The notes beneath the pieces were generated by a model. That model did not search any database. It was not told the DNA's origin and was given only the letters and a program-made list of their open reading frames with translations. A stretch of 16,617 nt of DNA from a virus: the IMG/VR virus record IMGVR_UViG_3300029913_000003, positions 192,001-208,617 of that record; one strand, 5' to 3'. This document shows positions 8,014 to 14,100 of the stretch, piece after piece. Position 1 is the first letter of the stretch. Each line of letters begins with the position of its first letter. A program made the position numbers and the translations under genes.

Positions 8014-8631
8014 ATGAGTAAAGTAACTTTTGATGGATCAGCAAAAATAATAACTATAAATAGTGGAGTAACAAGTATTGATGTTAAAACTGATTTATAT
8101 TTAGAATGGAAGCAATGGGTATTAGAAGGAGATAATTCTAAATGGCTAGCTGCATTCAGATCATTTGGTGGTGATCCAACTACATTAAATCAAAATGCTC
8201 CAAGCTACTTTTTTTTAACTAATAATTGGATAGTTAAAATAGAAAATTTAAATGTAGCAATACAAGATAATTTATATTCAGATGATTATGATATTCCTTA
8301 TCTAAATATAAATTCTACAATATTATCAAAAAATTCTGATATACCTAGTATTGATAGTTTAACTGGTATTACAGAAACATTATCAGATATGAATAATACT
8401 ATCATAGATATTTCATTTGATGTTAAACATATATTAGGATTATCACAGCAAAATTATAGATTAAGTAATCATGTTTATGATGATGATTTTAGATTGACAT
8501 CAGTTACAATAAAATTATTTAATACTAAAACTGATTGTAATAATAATGTTAATAGTTTTGCTAATTATACAATGAATGCGGCTTATGATGATAATGGATT
8601 ATTAATTGATTATAAAGTAGTTAAAAATTAA
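8014..8631 (+). CDS. Hypothetical 205-aa protein
   Basis: This is an ORF in the same co-directional cluster. Its N-terminus KVTFDGSAKIITINSGVTSIDVKTDLYLEWKQWV looks like a globular beta-rich domain. I recognised no confident family. Confidence 0.5.
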   Translation: MSKVTFDGSAKIITINSGVTSIDVKTDLYLEWKQWVLEGDNSKWLAAFRSFGGDPTTLNQNAPSYFFLTNNWIVKIENLNVAIQDNLYSDDYDIPYLNINSTILSKNSDIPSIDSLTGITETLSDMNNTIIDISFDVKHILGLSQQNYRLSNHVYDDDFRLTSVTIKLFNTKTDCNNNVNSFANYTMNAAYDDNGLLIDYKVVKN

Positions 8632-8639
8632 TTCTTATT

Positions 8640-8978
8640 ATGATTAATCACATAACAACAAATTTAGTAACTAAAGGTTTATTGAATATTTCTAATATTA
8701 CAAAAGGAATGATACAAATTAAGTATCAAATAATATTTAGAAAAAGAGGAGGATCGAGTGCTAATGTTGTTCATTCATATGATAATGATGAAGCATTCTA
8801 TGATGAACTTAGAAAGCATAAAGAAGAAGAAATTGACTACATAAAAGTGTTTGTTGATTGGAAAGGAGCAAAATTAAAAGCATTTAAAAAAATTGAAGTT
8901 AAATTATTAAAAGAACATATTGAAGCAGAAATATTATTAAAAACAAATAAAAAATTCACAGTAGAAATAATAAAATAA
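8640..8978 (+). CDS. Hypothetical 112-aa basic protein
   Basis: The ORF starts 8 nt after the previous stop, and a hairpin follows it immediately. Confidence 0.45.
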   Translation: MINHITTNLVTKGLLNISNITKGMIQIKYQIIFRKRGGSSANVVHSYDNDEAFYDELRKHKEEEIDYIKVFVDWKGAKLKAFKKIEVKLLKEHIEAEILLKTNKKFTVEIIK

Positions 8979-9008
8979 AAAAGATGTAATTTATATTACA
9001 TCTTTTTT
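8977..9008. terminator. Perfect AT-rich stem-loop between the convergent genes 8640..8978(+) and 9023..9583(-). The stem is up to 14 bp (core aagatgtaat/attacatctt) and the loop is ttat.
   Basis: I verified the arms by reverse complementation. There are only two G:C pairs and the T-run is part of the stem. This looks more like the AT-rich 3'-end hairpins reported for Mimiviridae transcripts than a classical rho-independent terminator. Either way it is a bidirectional 3'-end signal candidate. Confidence 0.5.
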
Positions 9009-9022
9009 TATAAATATTTAAG

Positions 9023-9583
9023 TTATTTAAATGAATCAAATTTCATTATACTGGAAACTACTTTTTCTTCTTTTTTAGATTTTTCTGTTTCTTCATCAAC
9101 ATCTTCTTCAACAATTTCTATTTTTTTCTCAAAAGCTGCTTCCAATTTTGAGATTGTGTCATTTTTCTCGACTACTTTTTCAACTTTTTTTTCAACTTTT
9201 TTTTCAACAATTGGTTTATTTTCAAATTTTGTTTCTGATACAGATATTCTTGGTTTATTTGAAGGTTTTTGAATTTCAGATACCATTTCTTCTATTTTAA
9301 TAGAAGCTTTACTTTTTATTTCAAAATTATCTTGCCACACTGGAAAATATAAATCTTCTGATATAATTTCAAATTTTATTTTTCCATTATCACCTTTTTC
9401 ATATAGACTCAATTTAGGAATTTCAAATCTACAAATATCATTTTCAATCTTACCTATTAAAAGAACATTTTTATTTTCTTTTGTCATTAATATTAATCTT
9501 GGCTCAACATCATTTACGTTAATGCCATCACTATTTATTTTAAATTTTAAAATATCATTCTCTTTATTGTTAAATAAATCCAT
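9023..9583 (-). CDS. Hypothetical 186-aa protein with a K/E-rich acidic-basic repetitive C-terminal tail (VEKKVEKKVEKVVEK)
   Basis: It is the only minus-strand ORF in this stretch. Its own AT-rich upstream region is 9584-9688. Its C-terminal tail is low-complexity. Confidence 0.5.
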   Translation of the reverse strand: MDLFNNKENDILKFKINSDGINVNDVEPRLILMTKENKNVLLIGKIENDICRFEIPKLSLYEKGDNGKIKFEIISEDLYFPVWQDNFEIKSKASIKIEEMVSEIQKPSNKPRISVSETKFENKPIVEKKVEKKVEKVVEKNDTISKLEAAFEKKIEIVEEDVDEETEKSKKEEKVVSSIMKFDSFK

Positions 9584-9603
9584 ATTAATTATTTATTTTT
9601 TAT

Positions 9604-9651
9604 ATTCTATATATTAATAAAAAAATATAGAATTATATATTAAAATTTTGA
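9604..9651. promoter_or_regulatory. Divergent promoter region. A 9-bp inverted repeat (attctatat / atatagaat, 12-nt spacer) lies at 9604-9633, and a second copy of the decamer AAAATTTTGA lies at 9642-9651.
   Basis: The arms are verified. The decamer sits 47 nt upstream of the 9689 ATG, and the identical decamer sits 46 nt upstream of the 5544 ATG. Confidence 0.35.
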
Positions 9652-9688
9652 TCTTCTTTTTTTAATATATAATAAAAAATTAAGTTTA

Positions 9689-11047
9689 ATGTCAACTGGA
9701 GTAATACTTCCAAATAATTCGTTAATAGCAGATTTGACCAGTAAATATTGGCTTTATTTTTCAGATAATTTTGGAAGTATAAATGCTACACTTATTAATG
9801 ATTCTAATGGACATCCAATAACAGGATATATATCTGGAAGAACCTCAATTTATTATGATTTTGATTATTCTGGTAATACTCAAGAAGGTAGAATACCAAA
9901 CACTGATGTAGATTTTACTGCTGTTGCCATTGGGCAAAATATCGCTAGATATTCTATAATTAAAGGTGTAATCACAAGTGGTTTAACAAATATAATTTTA
10001 ACTTCGGATACAGATTGGAATTATTCTGGTAATACTCAAGGAACAAGTGGCACATCAGGAATAGATGGAGAAAATGGTACATCAGGAGCTTCTGGTAGTG
10101 AAACTCTTGAACTTACAATTACTGGAGTTCAAGATGGTATAAATAAGAATTTTATATTATCTAGCGGAGTCAGTTATATCCACATGTTTTATGTTGATGG
10201 TCAATTACAAACATATAATAACGATTATTATGTTTCTGGATTAACTTTAACATTTATTAAAATACCACCTAAAGAAAGTGATATTTTAAGATTATTCATC
10301 ACACAGCATGGCGGTGTTTTTGGTACATCAGGAACAGATGGAACATCAGGAACAGATGGAACATCAGGAGCTTCTGGTAGTGAGTCTCTTGAAATTACAA
10401 TTACTGGAATTCAAGATGGTATAAATAAGAATTTTATATCATCAAGTGGTATTAGTGAAAATCATATGTTTTATGTTGATGGTCAATTACAAACATATAA
10501 TAACGATTATTATGTTTCTGGATTAACTTTAACATTTATTAAAAATCCTCCTAAAGAGAGTGATATTTTAAGATTGTTTATTACTCAGCATGGCGGTGTT
10601 TTTGGTACATCAGGAACAAACGGTACAAGCGGATCATCAGGGTCATCAGGTAGTTCAGGGTCATCAGGTAGTTCAGGTTCATCAGGTAGTTCTGGAACAA
10701 ATGGTACATCAGGTATAAATGGAGATATTATAAACGAAATTGATATTTCTGGAATTCAAGATGGAGTAAATAAAAATTTTATATTATCAAATGAAATTGT
10801 AAGTGAAAATCATATGTTTTATGTAGATGGACAATTACAAACATATAATAATGACTATTATATCTCTGGATTAACTTTAACATTTATTAAAATTCCGCCT
10901 AAATATAATTATATTTTAAGATTGTTTGGTAGTATAGGCACAAATTATCATAATGGAATTACTATTAATCAAAATATTGTTGTTGATAATTATGGAACAA
11001 TAAAAACATTAAATATTGTTAATGGTTTGATAATATCAATAACATAA
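9689..11047 (+). CDS. Collagen-like repeat protein of 452 aa. It has G-X-Y tracts (GTSGTDGTSG...) alternating with three globular modules of about 94 aa each. I read it as a fibre/fibril component.
   Basis: G-X-Y runs occur at about 10040-10100, 10321-10385 and 10606-10735, including (GSS)8. The module ITG(V/I)QDG(I/V)NKNFI.S....S..HMFYVDGQLQTYNNDYY(V/I)SGLTLTFIK.PPK...ILRLF is repeated three times. Confidence 0.7.
   Translation: MSTGVILPNNSLIADLTSKYWLYFSDNFGSINATLINDSNGHPITGYISGRTSIYYDFDYSGNTQEGRIPNTDVDFTAVAIGQNIARYSIIKGVITSGLTNIILTSDTDWNYSGNTQGTSGTSGIDGENGTSGASGSETLELTITGVQDGINKNFILSSGVSYIHMFYVDGQLQTYNNDYYVSGLTLTFIKIPPKESDILRLFITQHGGVFGTSGTDGTSGTDGTSGASGSESLEITITGIQDGINKNFISSSGISENHMFYVDGQLQTYNNDYYVSGLTLTFIKNPPKESDILRLFITQHGGVFGTSGTNGTSGSSGSSGSSGSSGSSGSSGSSGTNGTSGINGDIINEIDISGIQDGVNKNFILSNEIVSENHMFYVDGQLQTYNNDYYISGLTLTFIKIPPKYNYILRLFGSIGTNYHNGITINQNIVVDNYGTIKTLNIVNGLIISIT
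10132..10940 (+). repeat. Three internal direct repeats within the collagen-like gene. Copies 1 and 2 are almost identical at the nucleotide level, and copy 3 is diverged.
   Basis: For example, caagatggtataaataagaattttata occurs at 10132 and again at 10414, a period of about 282 bp. The third copy is near 10756. There is also a 9-bp-unit microsatellite (ggtagttca/ggttcatca) at about 10630-10700. Confidence 0.85.
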
Positions 11048-11098
11048 ATTATCAATAACATAAATTATCAATAACATAAATTATCAATAACATAATTT
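11035..11098. repeat. 16-bp tandem repeat atcaataacataaatt in four copies, the last with one mismatch. It overlaps the stop codon of 9689..11047 and ends 35 bp before the fibre gene ATG.
   Basis: I counted the repeat directly: 11035-11050, 11051-11066, 11067-11082 and 11083-11098. Confidence 0.9.
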
Positions 11099-11132
11099 TA
11101 TATATAATATAAATAAAAATAAATTAAAAATA

Positions 11133-14100
11133 ATGAGTACAAGATTAGATGCGAATGATAGATTAAAAGGATTAAGTTTTAAAAAACCTTGTATCGTTGC
11201 GACATTAGAAAATGTAAATTTAACAGGGTCAACTAATGTAATTGATGGAGTATCTTTAAATTTAAATGATAGAATATTAGTCATAAATCAGATAGATCAG
11301 ATAGATAATGGTATTTATATTGTTTCAAATGTTGGTACAGGTTCTGATGGCGTTTTATTACGAGCAAATGATTTTTCTACAAGTGATGATATATTTGCTG
11401 GAATTAACATTTATATTTTATCAGGAGATACATATAATGATAGTTATTTCATATTAAATACCGAAAATCCTATATTAGATATTACTCCGTTATTTTTCTC
11501 TAATAAAAAAATGTTAGATACTCAAAATGTAAGTAATAATCAAGTATTATTATATAATAATAATTCAATAATTGGTTATACAGGACTAACATATGATGGT
11601 AATACATTAGATATAAATGGTAATGTTAATATAACAGGTAATACAACAGTAATTGGAAATATTATTTCAAATACAATATCTGTAACAGGAGGAACTTCAA
11701 CTCAATTTTTAAAAGCTGATGGATCTATTGATTCAACATCATATACTGATTTTAATTTATTTACTGGTGAAACATTTGATAGAATAAGTGGTGATACATA
11801 TTTGAATAATTTATTAACAGGTGAAACATTTGATAGATTATCAGGTGATACATTTTTAAATGAATTATTAACAGGTGAAACATTTGATAGAATTTCAGGA
11901 GATACATTTTTAACTGAATTATTAACTGGTGAAACATTTGATAGAATTTCTGGAGACACAGTATTAAATGATTTAATTACAGGATTAACTTCAACAGTTA
12001 ATAATAATTATAATTTATTAACAGGTGAAACATTTAATAGAATAAGTGGAGATACAGTATTAAATGATTTAATTGAAGAGTTATCAATAAATGCTCAAAA
12101 TCAAATGAATAATGAAATTAATAATAGAATTTCAGGAGATACATTATTGAATAATTTACTAACTGGTGAAACATTTGATAGAATAAGCGGAGACACTTTT
12201 TTAAATGAATTATTAACAGGTGAAACATTTGATAGAATAAGCGGAGACACAATATTAAATAATTTAATTACTGGATTGACATCAACAGTTACGGATAATT
12301 ATAATTTATTAACAGGTGAAACATTTAATAGAATTTCAGGAGACACATTTTTAAATAATTTAATTACAGGATTAACACAGAATATTATAAATAATTATGT
12401 ACCTTATACTGGATCTACATCAAATATAGACTTAGGATATAATAATTTAACAGCTAGTTCAATTATTAAATCTGGTGGTACATCTAATCAATTTTTAAAG
12501 GCTGATGGAACTATTGATATAACTACATATTCAAATACTGGTCATAGTCATTATCAATTATTTCAACCAAATGGTACAACTCCTTTTGTCTATACAGATA
12601 ATGGTGGGTCATTTCATATTGATGGAAATATTATTCAATCAGGATCAACATATGAAACTCATACAGAACAAATATACACTACTAAAGATTATATTTATTT
12701 GAGAAGTGGAGCAACTTCTGGATTACCTGATGGACAATATGCAGGATTTACAGCTAAATTATATGACGGATCTAATGATGGTCAATTAGTCTTTGATAAT
12801 AAAGGCTTTGCAAGAGTTGGAGACGTAGGTAGTTTATTGAAATTAGCAGCTATTCAAGAAACACCTACAGATACACAATTTACTTACTATGATGCTGCAA
12901 CTTATTCATTAAAAACACGTGCTTTTTTAAGTGGTGATATTACAACGGCTTTAGGATTTACTCCTTATAACGCAACTAACCCATCTAATTATATAACAAT
13001 TGGATCAGTTCCTGTTGTAGCTACAACAACTCCTTTAATAAATGGAATTGCTGCAATTGGAGCAAGTGGTAAATGGGCTGATGGAGCACATGTTCATCCA
13101 GTTGATACTTCAAGACAAGTTGCATTAAGCGGAACTGGATTTGTAAAAAGCACATCAGGAACTATTAGTTATGACACTTCTACTTATATTCCAGTCACAG
13201 GAAATACAAATACAATAAACTTAGGTGTTAATAATTTAACAGTAGATACAAATACTCTGTTTGTTGATTCTGTTCATCACTATTTAGGTATTACTACAAA
13301 TAATCCTAATGCGTCAGTTGATATTGGAGGTTTTGGTACACCTTCTGATTATGGAGGAGGAACTGGTACGGCTAAAGTTTTAATTGCTGATAACGCGACA
13401 GGGTCATCTGGTGTTCAAATGTATAATTCTAATTCAGGAACAGCCTCTGATTTTAGATTTGCCATTTTTAATAATAATAAAAATGAATATATGGCATTTT
13501 CAACGCCAGCCGATACTAATACTAATACTTTATTTGGATTTGCAAGAAGTACATCTAATTATTTATTTAATAATTTAAATGGAGTAGGTGGCACTCTTAG
13601 AAATTTAACTATTGGTACGGTTGGAAGTTCTGACCTTATATTTGGAACTAACAATGTAGAAAATTTAAGAATAAAATCTGGAGGTAATGTCGGGATTGGA
13701 ACTACTACTCCAGGAACGTTATTAGAAATAAGTAACTCTGCAAATATATCTATTAATTCAATTTTAAGGATTAGAGACATTAATACTGGTGGTTCATATT
13801 TTGATATCGGTTCTGCTAATGGTAGTAGTGGATTATTCATTAATCAAGGCTCTACTAAGATAATGCAAATTAGAAGTAGTGGAAATGTAGGATTTGGAAC
13901 TTCATCAACCCCTAACGCAAGATTTAATATTTATAAAAGTGGAATAATTGATTATTTCAATATTACAAGTTCAGTTGATGGTGATGTGATGGTTATCTTA
14001 AATAATGGCAACGTCGGGATTGGAGCTACCACTCCAGACCAAAAATTATCAGTTTGGGGTGGTTCACAAAATATTATTGATCCAACAACTTTAGGTTCTG

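Noticed and set aside
11035-11098. Possible CRISPR array
   Set aside because: The four 16-bp repeats are directly adjacent with no spacers, and there are no cas genes. I treat it as a simple tandem repeat.
11084-11284. 66-aa minus-strand ORF
   Set aside because: It overlaps the 5' end of the giant fibre gene and the tandem-repeat region on the opposite strand. I found no support for it.
11702-11959. 85-aa minus-strand ORF with repeated NVSPVNNS units
   Set aside because: Its periodicity is only the antisense image of the 54-bp LTGETFDRISGDT repeats of the fibre gene.
13384-13840. ORFs 13384..13578(+) and 13559..13840(-)
   Set aside because: They are off-frame or antisense shadows within the verified open frame of the fibre gene.
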